Assembly (NCBI GenBank): GCA_004431415.1
Contig: QPMI01000165.1
Coordinates: 62,001-126,000 of the forward strand
Source: Cyanophora paradoxa CCMP329
Taxonomy: Eukaryota > Plantae > Glaucophyta
Direction of reading: 5' to 3'
Length of the DNA stretch: 64,000 bases
Part shown: positions 18,692 to 41,398 of the stretch, piece by piece
Layout of the letters: the number at the start of each line of letters is the position of its first letter
Position numbering within the stretch: the stretch's first letter is position 1
The notes under the pieces: generated by a model
Database searches by the model: none
Seen by the model: the letters and a program-made list of their open reading frames with translations, nothing else
Told to the model about the DNA's origin: nothing
Program-made: the position numbers and the translations under genes

Positions 18692-20077
18692 ATGCCAGCA
18701 ACTGGAAGAATAGTTAGGAGAACCACTGAGCAACTGCAAGGTAACCTACTGCCTATCACAATTCCAAAGGAGGAAAAGGGGGAATCTCGAATTGTTAAAA
18801 AGTCTGAAATGAAAGAGCTTGTCCCAGTAGAGATCCCAGTTGCCATTGCAGTGAAAGAAACTAGCAAGATTGCCAAGAGATTCTATGATGTGAGAACTGG
18901 TTACAAAGGGCTTCAAGCTATGAGGGCTGAGTTACCTGATGAATCCTATAAGCAGTTGCAAGAGTTCTATAAGAAACAGGAAGTTGTTCAGATCAATGCA
19001 CCAGCTATATCTAGAAAGAGAGATCCCATGGTCCCAATCAGGCAACCCCTTGATACCTATGTGATTGATTTGCTCTTTTTCCCAGCTTATAAGAAACAAA
19101 ACAATGGCTATGATACTTTTATGACTGCAATGGAATCAACACTGAGAACTGGTTATATTATACCTATAAGGGATAAATCAGCTCTCACTACATTAGCTGC
19201 ATTTAAACAGCTTGAAATGAGAGTGGCAAGACCCATAGTAAAGGTTCAATCAGATGCTGGAAGTGAATTCCAAAATCGAATATTCCAGGAGTATTTATCT
19301 AGTAAATACATAGAACACCAAGTGAGTGGAACTGCTGACCACAGAAGCCAAGGTCGAATTGAAGCCTTTAACAAGCAGATTAAGAGACTGATCACAAACT
19401 ACTGCATAGCTAATAACACAGCTAGATTCTTTGATGTGTTAGGTGATATTGAGTATAATTACAATAATACAGTTCACTCAGCTACTAAGATGAAGCCAGG
19501 CGAAACTACAGAGAAGCATTATAGGTATATAGTGGGATTAGAAGATGAAAGATTCAAGAAATCAATAGCTTATCTTGACACCATGCAGCCTGGCATGTTT
19601 GTTAGAGTGAAAGTTGAGAAGAACCCCTTTGCTAAACAGGGTAACAATTGGTCTAGGATGGTTTACACTGTTGATAGTAGGGAAGGCTTTAAGTTTAAGC
19701 TAAGGAGTCCCACTGGTGAGATCATAGATAACAGGTTTGCTTTCCATGAGCTGTTGCATGTGAATGCAGTTGAATATCTAGAAACCCCTACAGTGGATGC
19801 CTTAGAGCAAGCCAAAGAGGAAGCCAGGGTTGATGCTGCTATAAGGAGAGAGGGCATAGAAGCTGCTAATGAAGTCCCAGATAAGCCTTTGATAGAGGCT
19901 AGAAAGGAGAAGACTGGCAAGGTTAATAGGGAACTCAAAAAGCTCACCATAGCAGGGACACAGAAACTTTCAGAAGTGAATAGCCAGAGATGGTATAGTG
20001 ACTTTCAGACTACTAAGGAGTCATATACAGCCCCTAAACCTCAAAGAACACTAAGAGAGAGGACCAAAACTAGCTAG
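18692..20077 (+). CDS. Retroviral-like (rve/DDE) integrase, Polinton type
   Basis: Catalytic D (YVIDL), D (VQSDAGSEF) and E (QGRIEAFN); YNNTVHSATKMKP; C-terminal G.FVRV...F.K...NWS..VYTV. Confidence 0.93.
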   Translation: MPATGRIVRRTTEQLQGNLLPITIPKEEKGESRIVKKSEMKELVPVEIPVAIAVKETSKIAKRFYDVRTGYKGLQAMRAELPDESYKQLQEFYKKQEVVQINAPAISRKRDPMVPIRQPLDTYVIDLLFFPAYKKQNNGYDTFMTAMESTLRTGYIIPIRDKSALTTLAAFKQLEMRVARPIVKVQSDAGSEFQNRIFQEYLSSKYIEHQVSGTADHRSQGRIEAFNKQIKRLITNYCIANNTARFFDVLGDIEYNYNNTVHSATKMKPGETTEKHYRYIVGLEDERFKKSIAYLDTMQPGMFVRVKVEKNPFAKQGNNWSRMVYTVDSREGFKFKLRSPTGEIIDNRFAFHELLHVNAVEYLETPTVDALEQAKEEARVDAAIRREGIEAANEVPDKPLIEARKEKTGKVNRELKKLTIAGTQKLSEVNSQRWYSDFQTTKESYTAPKPQRTLRERTKTS

Positions 20078-21360
20078 TTTGCTAGCCGAAAACTCGTTTT
20101 TTCAAAATATATGTATGACTGATATACATATATGCATATGCTATACACATAGTCTTGTAGATCTTTTCAAGCGCTTCACAGCGATATGCAGAACGTTGCG
20201 ATTTGATAATCTGGTGATGAGATACAAGCGTTTGAAGATGCCGATTATCGATTTTTCGAGATTTCGGAATGATGCATCATAATGATGTAATAATGATGTA
20301 TCATAAACATATAACATATATATATCGCCGTGATCGTCATGATCTCCCGAGTTCGATGGTGTGTCATATATATCATATACATTTGCATCGTCATTATGAC
20401 ATCATTTCGTAAAATTACACGTCCGTCATCGTCTTTTTCCGCAGCGAACAGATAAGTGAACAGTTAAGGAGACAACTATTGTAATAGTGGACTGCAACAA
20501 CAATTGAAAACAAGATCTGTGGGAAAGCTATTGAAAGACAATGAAGCAAATTGCGAACAATTAAGTGAACAGTTAAGTGGACACCTGTTGGGAGTAGGCA
20601 GTGTCTACTCGTTTATCGTGAAACGGTGTCCACTTAACTGTTCATTTAACTGTTGACGAAAACCCATGCATTATGACATCATATCATTAAACCCCATACA
20701 AAACACTAAAATGCATGTATCTCTTCACCAACTCATCATCTTACAAAGATAAAAACAGATTCGGAATCCTCTTAACGAGACCAGCGTGACTATGTAAGTA
20801 TCATAGGCTCAATAATTCATATGTTAATAAGCATCTCCCCTAGATTCCCCCTATTATATTATATTTATATTTAAGTGGACTCATGGTTGACTCATATTAA
20901 TCGTAAAAGTAGTAAAAGTATATGGATTTTGTTACGAATTCAATGCAAGGGTTGACTAAGTGGGTTGAGTTGACTCAAATTTCACAGGAAATATTTGGGA
21001 CCTAAAGTTTTCTAAAAAGGATTTCAAAAAATGTGTCAACTCCCCCCACTTAGTCAACCCTGACCATAAACAGTAAGGATTTGAGCTAACATGTATCACA
21101 AAGTGAACATATTGAGTCCACTTAGAAGATCCACTTTTGAAATCCAAGTTGATTTTGCTTGAAATTTCAAAGTTGATCTAAAAGTGAGTCCACCCTGATT
21201 GATTATGGTAACAAAGTTGACTAAGTTGACTAAGTTGAGTCATATTAAGAAATTCAAGGAGACTAAGAGTTCAAAATGTTAATGAAAAGTGAGTCAACTT
21301 AGACCACTTATGGTAACAAATTTAAATATTTAATTGATTTAATCGGAAAAGAACATGATT

Positions 21361-21585
21361 TAATCGAATTTATTGATATAATTCCGATTAGATTCATTTA
21401 GGATTCAATTAAGATCAATCGAAGTTATTGATATAATTCCGATTAACTACAATTAAGATACAATATCGATTAATCGAGTTTATCGATATAACATCGATTA
21501 AATTAATTGAAATGCATATAAAAATATGAAAATTCATGTGAAAATTCAAATAAATTAATCGATTTTATTGATATAACATCGAATC
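21361..21585. repeat. Four imperfect AT-rich repeats, core aatcga.(t/g)ttat(t/c)gatataa(ttc/cat)cga
   Basis: Copies start near 21362, 21417, 21472 and 21557. Confidence 0.75.
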
Positions 21586-21659
21586 ACACATATGAATATT
21601 CATATTTTAATCCTGAGGCGGAACGCCGAGGGATTAAAATATGAATATTCATATGTGTG
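21585..21659. repeat. Perfect 29-bp inverted repeat with GGCG-GAA-CGCC inner hairpin at the virus-host boundary
   Basis: cacacatatgaatattcatattttaatcc (21585-21613) is the exact reverse complement of 21631-21659. Confidence 0.9.
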
Positions 21660-21664
21660 CGCAG

Positions 21665-22783
21665 GCAATGCGCGCGAAGCTCGAGTTCGAATTTGATGGA
21701 CGCAAAGATGATTTCGATTCTTGGTACAGCGGAGCGATCGCGACATGCGCATTCATCGCGTTTGCAGGGAAAGAGTACAGGCACGCCTTTTATATTATCG
21801 GTACTGCTCAGCGGCCCCTGACGCAATTTAGCAAACTCGAATTCGGAATCGAGCTCGAAGATGAGCTCCTTCTGAAGGACAGGCCTAGGGCATGTGCGTT
21901 GGCGGAGGAGCTCCAACTTCTCTTCGGCCTCAATCAACTTCGAGCCAAACTGGAGGATGCCGAATGGGTGAGAACGTTTAAATGTAATGGACCTGGGTTT
22001 GTGTAAGAATTCGATTCTATCGGCACTTCTTTTTCACGGCAGGTGATGTGGACGACGCGAACGTATTCGGCCGTCACCAAAGAGCACTTGGAGTCGGCTC
22101 TCCGCGACGTCGACGCGCTTCTCGCCCGATGTGCCAGGGCCTCACTTCCCGTCCCAAGCTCCTTCTTCTGCGACCTCGTCGAAGTCTGTGCCGCTTCTGG
22201 CGACTGGAAACGCGGCCAGGACTATTGGGCTCGGATGCCGCAGCGGGGTGTCCAACGTGACGGCAATGCTTTGAGTGCGTCTCGCAATTGAAACTCCCCA
22301 GAGAAGTTCGCAAGCTTCGCGTTTCTGACCATATTTTCCAGGAACGTATTTCGAACTCTGTTTCGCGTGTCTCGACGAGGCCCTGGCCAAGTTCAAGCCG
22401 AAGTTGGTCAAAGCTGGTCTGAAACTCGATGAGGACGGCTTGGACCAGCTGCTGAAGTGGGACATGTACATGAACTACGAACTTCCTTCCTTCAAAAACC
22501 CTGACGTCGACGAGTTCTCGGCCTTGTCAGAAGACGAGAGGCGTGAACACGAAGAATTCGTTTCGCGATTGCAATTGGAAGAGGAGGAGGTGCGTGCCCC
22601 GTGCGTGCGCTGGACATGATATTAATATTTGGCTACCGGGCTAACACACGATTTCATGTTCAACTGCAGCTGCAGGCTCACGCTCATGATCAAGCTAATG
22701 CTCATGCTCATGATCATGATCAAACCCATGGGCATGGCCATGACATCGATCAAGCAGATGATCACCATCAAGCGCTTCTCGAG
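21665..22783 (+). CDS. Internal exons of a host gene with a PPR-like motif; 5' part displaced or interrupted by the virus
   Basis: Exons ~21665-21967, ~22043-22274, ~22342-22589 and a His-rich exon ~22670-22783, bounded by GT...CAG. FCDLVEVCAASGDWKRGQDYWARMPQRGVQRD resembles a PPR repeat. Confidence 0.45.
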
Positions 22784-23265
22784 GTTCGCAGTTTTGATAT
22801 AATATCGATGCAACGTAAATTATAACATGCTGAAATACGTACTACGGTACTCGAAATACGTTCTAATCTCCTCATGATATATCGATTAGGGGGATTCCGA
22901 GGACCATGGCCAGTAACGGGCTCGCCGGGCATCGCCCTCAGCCCCCGATGCTTCGATCGCCACGGCCACGATTCGACGAACCAGCAGGCGGGCATCTCGG
23001 ATCTCGGACCGTGAATTTCATGATCATCATGAGCATGCCGGCACCGCGCTTATTGCGGAAGGACCGGCCGCGGCGCCGGCCCATCTTATGTTCTAGACGT
23101 GTACTTACGACTCGACGCCCAGCTCGAAAAGACAACTAGCTGTAGAATCGAACCCTTGTCACCTGTATCTATCTCCTCTTGTAGTCGCCGCGTGGAGCGG
23201 GGGACTGCTTGTAATTATGTGAGCTCACACTCGGCGCCAAAGCTGCCTGCAGCTGCACGCTGCAG

Positions 23266-24957
23266 CTACTGAGGGCCGCCCTCGCGATCGGGCCCGGCGC
23301 CCTCGGCGGCGGCGGCGCGGCGGCGGGCCTTGGCGGCGTAGAAGTTGAAGGCGACGAAGTCGTACAGCGCGTGCACCAGCATCGGCACCTGCGCCGCAAA
23401 GAGCCGGCCTCGAACGCTGATCCGCCCGCAACTCTTGCCAGGGGCGGTGGGGCGGTGTGGGGCGCACCGCGATGTTGTGGCTGGATAGTGTGAGGAAGAA
23501 GAAGAGGCGTGAGGGGGCGAGGAGCAGAGGCGCCGGCCTAGGGCTCGCGGCCGAATCGAATCGAATAGAAGCCGGGGCGCACCTGGCGAGGAACATCCAT
23601 CCGAAGTAGAGCCCCGCGATGAACGTCGCCCCGATGTACCTGTACCCGGGGAGGGCGGGGCGGGGCGGGGCGGGGGGGAGGGGGCGGGGCGAGGCGGGGC
23701 GGCGTGAGGAAGAGATCGAAAGGAATGAAGGAGGGGCGCACTGGGGCGAGATCGCGTGCGCGAGAGAGAACAGGACGCTCGCCCCCAGCACCGCCTGCGG
23801 GGGTACAGGACGCTACTTGAGTTCGGGATGGGGGGGCGGGGGGGGGGTAGTAGCGCACGGCGGGGTCGCCGAAGCGGTCCGCGAGGCCCGTCTGCACCGC
23901 CGCCCGGAAGAAGAGCTGGGGGGAACAAGTGAGGAGGGGGTACGTGAAAAGCCATGAAGGGGGTACACGCCTCCTCGCAGACGCCGGCGGCGGTGGCGAG
24001 GAAGGCGAAGTCGAGGACGCTGAGGCTGCGGGGTACGCGATCAGAGGGGCGGGCCGGGGGGGGGGAAGGAGGGAGCAGGGGCGTACCCCCGGAAGGCGAG
24101 AGAGACGTCGTCCCTGCGGGGGTGGGGCGGAGGGGTCGGAACTCGGGGGGCGGGGGGCGGCGAACGTTCGCCGCGGGCGGGGGGAAGACAGGGCGCACAT
24201 CGTGCGGCTGAGCGCCTTCAACGGTTCCCAGTCGATCTTCTCCGAGCTGCGGGCGGCCGCCTGAGCGGAGCGGGGGAGGCGGGGCCGCGGGGGGCGGAAG
24301 CGGGCGCGCGCCCGAAGAGGATGGCGAGGAGGGGCGCGGTGCCGGCGAGGCTGAGCCCCAGCGCTTCCGGCGTGATCGCGAACGTCCCGCCCAAGTCCAC
24401 GTCAAGCGCCTGCGTTCGTGCACCGGCGGCCTGATCATGAGCGGCGCGGGCGCGCGGGGACGCGGCCGCGGACGCGCGCTCGCTCGCCCGCTCGCCTTTC
24501 CGGTGAGGAGCGCGAAGAGTGTGAGGCCGGTGTAGCCCAGCGCCGAAACCTTCACGAGCTGCGCCCGCACCTCCTCCGCCGGAATGGCTGCGAGCTGCCG
24601 GAACGAGGCGGTGCCGTCCTCGGGTCTGGCCGGCAGCGGCTGCGGGCCGTCCGCCGGCGGCACCGACGGCGCTTCCGGGTCTTTCTCGCTCGTCGCCGCG
24701 ACGTACGGCACCCGCCGCGCCCGCCTCTCCTCCGACGGCGCCGGCACGAAGGCCAACGAGCGCCGCGCGTGCAGGCGCCAGGCGGCGCAAGGCTCGCTGC
24801 CGAAGAACGCCCGACTGCGTAGGAGCCTACCGCAATGCGCCGCGCCGCTCGCCGGCCGCGGGCTGTGCGGTGCGAGCCGGAAAGTAGAGTGCCAGCCGGC
24901 CGCGCAGCTGACGAGCCGGTACGGCGTGCAGGGGGCGCAGAAGGCGTGCGAGGCCAT
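23266..24957 (-). CDS. CPBP/Abi (type II CAAX) intramembrane glutamic protease, probably plastid-targeted; multi-exon
   Basis: Exon peptides GVCEE|LFFR, LFSLAH, YIGATFIAGLYFGW and PMLVHALYD; Ala/Ser/Arg-rich N-terminus MASHAFCAP...RAFFG resembles a transit peptide. Confidence 0.82.
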   Translation of the reverse strand: MASHAFCAPCTPYRLVSCAAGWHSTFRLAPHSPRPASGAAHCGRLLRSRAFFGSEPCAAWRLHARRSLAFVPAPSEERRARRVPYVAATSEKDPEAPSVPPADGPQPLPARPEDGTASFRQLAAIPAEEVRAQLVKVSALGYTGLTLFALLTGKASGRASARPRPRPRAPAPLMIRPPVHERRRLTWTWAGRSRSRRKRWGSASPAPRPSSPSSSGARPLPPPAAPPPPLRSGGRPQLGEDRLGTVEGAQPHDVRPVFPPPAANVRRPPPPEFRPLRPTPAGTTSLSPSGGTPLLPPSPPPARPSDRVPRSLSVLDFAFLATAAGVCEEACTPFMAFHVPPPHLFPPALLPGGGADGPRGPLRRPRRALLPPPRPPIPNSSSVLYPRRRCWGRASCSLSRTRSRPSAPLLHSFRSLPHAAPPRPAPSPPPRPAPPSPGTGTSGRRSSRGSTSDGCSSPGAPRLLFDSIRPRALGRRLCSSPPHASSSSSHYPATTSRCAPHRPTAPGKSCGRISVRGRLFAAQVPMLVHALYDFVAFNFYAAKARRRAAAAEGAGPDREGGPQ

Positions 24958-25116
24958 CGCGAGCTGCTGTAAAGAAAGCTGGGTCTGCTCTGCGGGGTAC
25001 ACGACTCTTAGAGCCCGCTGACCAGAGCCAGCCGGTCGCTCGACGAGCAGGAACGAACGAGCGGGCACGCGACGACGTTGGAGCTGGACGTCCGGCGCGA
25101 GAGGTGAGGCGGGGAG

Positions 25117-34363
<9,247 letters not shown>

Positions 34364-34416
34364 CGATATTGCGTTCATTTTCTATACTCTATATAGCTAG
34401 TAATAACAGCCTATAG

Positions 34417-35471
34417 CTTTCCTCTCCTGTACCTTCGGCTTCCCCTCTGGCTGTCCCGCCAGATCCACCTCGCCCGCCGGTTCCTGCATGGCCCCTTTGA
34501 TTCATGATAGTCTTGTATCAATCTTCGCTTCACCTCAACTTAGTTTACCCTCAGTTGTTTTGCCGTCACCTCCATCAGATGCTTCATCGATGTTAGTTAG
34601 GAGCACTGGCCCCCTCCACCTTCCAGTTCCTCGTGTATTCCATGCCTTCCCTGTACCTTTGATTCCGTTCCCTTTGTCGTTAGCTCTGCCTCTTCCTCCT
34701 CCATCTCTCACTGTTAGCCCTCAGGCAGTTCCGCCTCTTTATCTTCAGCGACCGTCAGACCGTATAGTTTTTGGCAGCGAGTATTTTGTGTATGGTGACG
34801 TTCCTCGTGTGTACCCTTCTCTCTCTTCTACTTCGCTATATTTGCCTCTCCCGCCTGGTTCAGCCCCATCGTCTGCCTTCCCTGTCACTACTGGCTTGCG
34901 TTTCGCCCTCCTCTTATACTGCCGATTCCGAGTCTGCACCCGAGCTCTGCCCCTTTCCTCGTGTCGTCCCCAGTTCCTCAGATTAGTCTTCAGCCGTCCA
35001 TTGTTTTACCAACTCTACAATCTCGATTCCGTTTAGACACTCCGCCAGCTTCGACTTTCCCCTCTAGTGGTGTCCTACGTTTCGCCTCTCCTACTGTTCT
35101 ACCGCCTTTGCCTCCTGCGACTACGTCTTCTAGTTCTGCTGTTAGCTCTGTCTTGTCGTCTTCGTCTAGATCTTCGTCTTCGACTGTAGTTCCTCGTGCT
35201 CGTTCTCCTTATTTGCTGCGTCCCCGTGCTCCTCGTCGTTCTAGTGTGACTAGTACTTCTGCATCGACGCCCTTGAGCTCTTCTACTCCTTCTCCTCGTG
35301 CTCGTTCTCCTTATCTTTTGCGTTCTTCTGATCGTGTCCCTTCTCGTGATCCCTCTTGATTCTGTATATATTTTGTGCTAGTTTACTGTATCTTTGATTT
35401 GTGATTGCTTTGTTGTCTTTAATATCACTACCTACGGGGGTTCGCCCCACCGTAGTCTCTCAAAAAAAAAA
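34417..35471 (+). mobile_element. 5'-truncated non-LTR retroposon-like insertion (3' stem-loop + poly(A))
   Basis: Pyrimidine-rich intronless segment unlike its flanks. A Ser/Pro-rich ORF end is followed by a T-rich UTR, the hairpin ctacgg-ggg-ttcg-cccc-a-ccgtag (35432-35455) and A10 (35462-35471). Confidence 0.55.
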
Positions 35472-36109
35472 TAGTATCTGAGTCATAATCTGACCAAGTA
35501 GTGAAATGTGTACTTATATAATTATGCGTATAACTTACAGTACCCAATTGCAAGAACAGAACTGAGGAGCACGTGCACTGTCCGTGGCTGTCGATCAGAA
35601 CGGCGCCGCGGGGAAGTTGGGCGGCTTGCATCAAGTTGCATGGGCGGCCCCGGGCCCCCGACCGGCGGCCCGGCGGCGGGCCGCGGCGGGCCCGACGTTC
35701 TATAGCCTATAGGCTATAGCTACCGCCGAGCCTACCGGTAGTGACCGATGATCCCGGTGACCCTTCGCAACCTGGAATCGACGTCGACGCTAATTAGTAA
35801 TTACAAGCCAGTTTTTTCGTTTCACCCGATTGATTCCAAGTCCGAATTCCTGCTGATCCGAGTTTCTGACCGGCGATCGCTTGCACAGGAGCTGCTTCAA
35901 GTTCGTCGCACCAGCCAACGCCAACGCCTGCAGTGCGTGCCCGCCTCCCGTAGCGCTGCGAGCTTGCTCGCATAGAGATTCCCTATTCAATTGGATCGCT
36001 AGATCTGCCCCGCGCATAGAGCCTTCTCATTGCTCGGCGATCGCTTTGTGTTCGGCGCCATACCCAGCGAGTCCGACCTCTAACAAAGAGCTGCTGGGCC
36101 GGCGATCAG

Positions 36110-39890
<3,781 letters not shown>

Positions 39891-39942
39891 CGATATTGCG
39901 TTCATTTTCTATACTCTATATAGCTAGTAATAACAGCCTATA

Positions 39943-41002
39943 GCTTTCCTCTCCTGTACCTTCGGCTTCCCCTCTGGCTGTCCCGCCAGATCCACCTCGC
40001 CCGCCGGTTCCTGCATGGCCCCCTTTGATTCATGATAGTCTTGTATCAATCTTCGCTTCACCTCAACTTAGTTTACCCTCAGTTGTTTTGCCGTCACCTC
40101 CATCAGATGCTTCATCGATGTTAGTTAGGAGCACTGGCCCCCTCCACCTTCCAGTTCCTCGTGTATTCCATGCCTTCCCTGTACCTTTGATTCCGTTCCC
40201 TTTGTCGTTAGCTCTGCCTCTTCCTCCTCCATCTCTCACTGTTAGCCCTCAGGCAGTTCCGCCTCTTTATCTTCAGCGACCGTCAGACCGTATAGTTTTT
40301 GGCAGCGAGTATTTTGTGTATGGTGACGTTCCTCGTGTGTACCCTTCTCTCTCTTCTACTTCGCTATATTTGCCTCTCCCGCCTGGTTCAGCCCCATCGT
40401 CTGCCTTCCCTGTCACTACTGGCTTGCGTTTCGCCCCTCCTCTTATACTGCCGATTCCGAGTCTGCACCCGAGCTCTGCCCCTTTCCTCGTGTCGTCCCC
40501 AGTTCCTCAGATTAGTCTTCAGCCGTCCATTGTTTTACCAACTCTACAATCTCGATTCCGTTTAGACACTCCGCCAGCTTCGACTTTCCCCTCTAGTGGT
40601 GTCCTACGTTTCGCCTCTCCTACTGTTCTACCGCCTTTGCCTCCTGCGACTACGTCTTCTAGTTCTGCTGTTAGCTCTGTCTTGTCGTCTTCGTCTAGAT
40701 CTTCGTCTTCGACTGTAGTTCCTCGTGCTCGTTCTCCTTATTTGCTGCGTCCCCGTGCTCCTCGTCGTTCTAGTGTGACTAGTACTTCTGCATCGACGCC
40801 CTTGAGCTCTTCTACTCCTTCTCCTCGTGCTCGTTCTCCTTATCTTTTGCGTTCTTCTGATCGTGTCCCTTCTCGTGATCCCTCTTGATTCTGTATATAT
40901 TTTGTGCTAGTTTACTGTATCTTTGATTTGTGATTGCTTTGTTGTCTTTAATATCACTACCTACGGGGGGTTCGCCCCACCGTAGTCTCTCAAAAAAAAA
41001 AA
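39943..41002 (+). mobile_element. Second copy of the LINE-like tail (287-aa open frame 40025-40888)
   Basis: Duplicate of 34417-35471; hairpin 40961-40985 and A11 at 40992-41002. Confidence 0.55.
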
Positions 41003-41398
41003 TAGTATCTGAGTCATAATCTGACCAAGTAGTGAAATGTGTACTTATATAATTATGCGTATAACTTACAGTACCCAATTGCAAGAACAGAACTGAGGAG
41101 CACGTGCACTGTCCGTGGCTGTCGATCAGAACGGCGCCGCGGGGAAGTTGGGCGGCTTGCATCAAGTTGCATGGGCGGCCCCGGGCCCCCGACCGGCGGC
41201 CCGGCGGCGGGCCGCGGCGGGCCCGACGTTCTATAGCCTATAGGCTATAGCTACCGCCGAGCCTACCGGTAGTGACCGATGATCCCGGTGACCCTTCGCA
41301 ACCTGGAATCGACGTCGACGCTAATTAGTAATTACAAGCCAGTTTTTTCGTTTCACCCGATTGATTCCAAGTCCGAATTCCTGCTGATCCGAGTTGCA

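Larger units (their letters stand above)
1..21659. mobile_element. Endogenous Polinton-like virus / Maverick-type integrating dsDNA virus (right portion; left end outside window)
   Basis: AT-rich intronless block with an abrupt switch to GC-rich intron-rich DNA at ~21,660. It contains a DJR major capsid, penton-like genes, an A32 ATPase, pPolB, an rve integrase and an SF3 helicase. The exact right end is inferred from the palindrome and the composition change. Confidence 0.93.
20078..21659. repeat. Non-coding repeat/hairpin-rich terminal region (candidate right terminal inverted repeat)
   Basis: No credible ORF. Contains a branched hairpin (20556-20654), an iteron block (20873-21300), ~55-bp AT repeats (21361-21585) and a terminal palindrome (21585-21659). 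The partner TIR is not visible. Confidence 0.65.

Noticed and set aside
20079-21147. Short ORFs 20079-20282 and 20956-21147
   Set aside because: Both have non-ATG starts, lie in the repeat-rich terminal region and show no recognisable motifs.
21361-21585. AT-rich repeats with variable spacers resembling a CRISPR array
   Set aside because: Repeats are degenerate, spacing is irregular, spacers resemble the repeats, no cas genes are present and the context is eukaryotic.
21585-21659. Independent CAC...GTG MITE (Transib/Chapaev-like)
   Set aside because: Flanks (cgaat / cgcag) show no target-site duplication, so it is better explained as the viral terminus, though this is not excluded.
1-21659. 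Bacterial prophage contamination or a classical mavirus-type virophage
   Set aside because: The Polinton-type pPolB, rve integrase, A32 ATPase and DJR capsid are eukaryotic-virus hallmarks. The 456-aa MCP looks PLV/NCLDV-like rather than virophage-like. A chimeric join cannot be excluded without reads.
34488-35036. Gypsy integrase/chromodomain remnant (PRVFH..., SEYFV)
   Set aside because: The similarity is too weak, there is no LTR or PPT, and the stem-loop plus poly(A) end fits a non-LTR element better.
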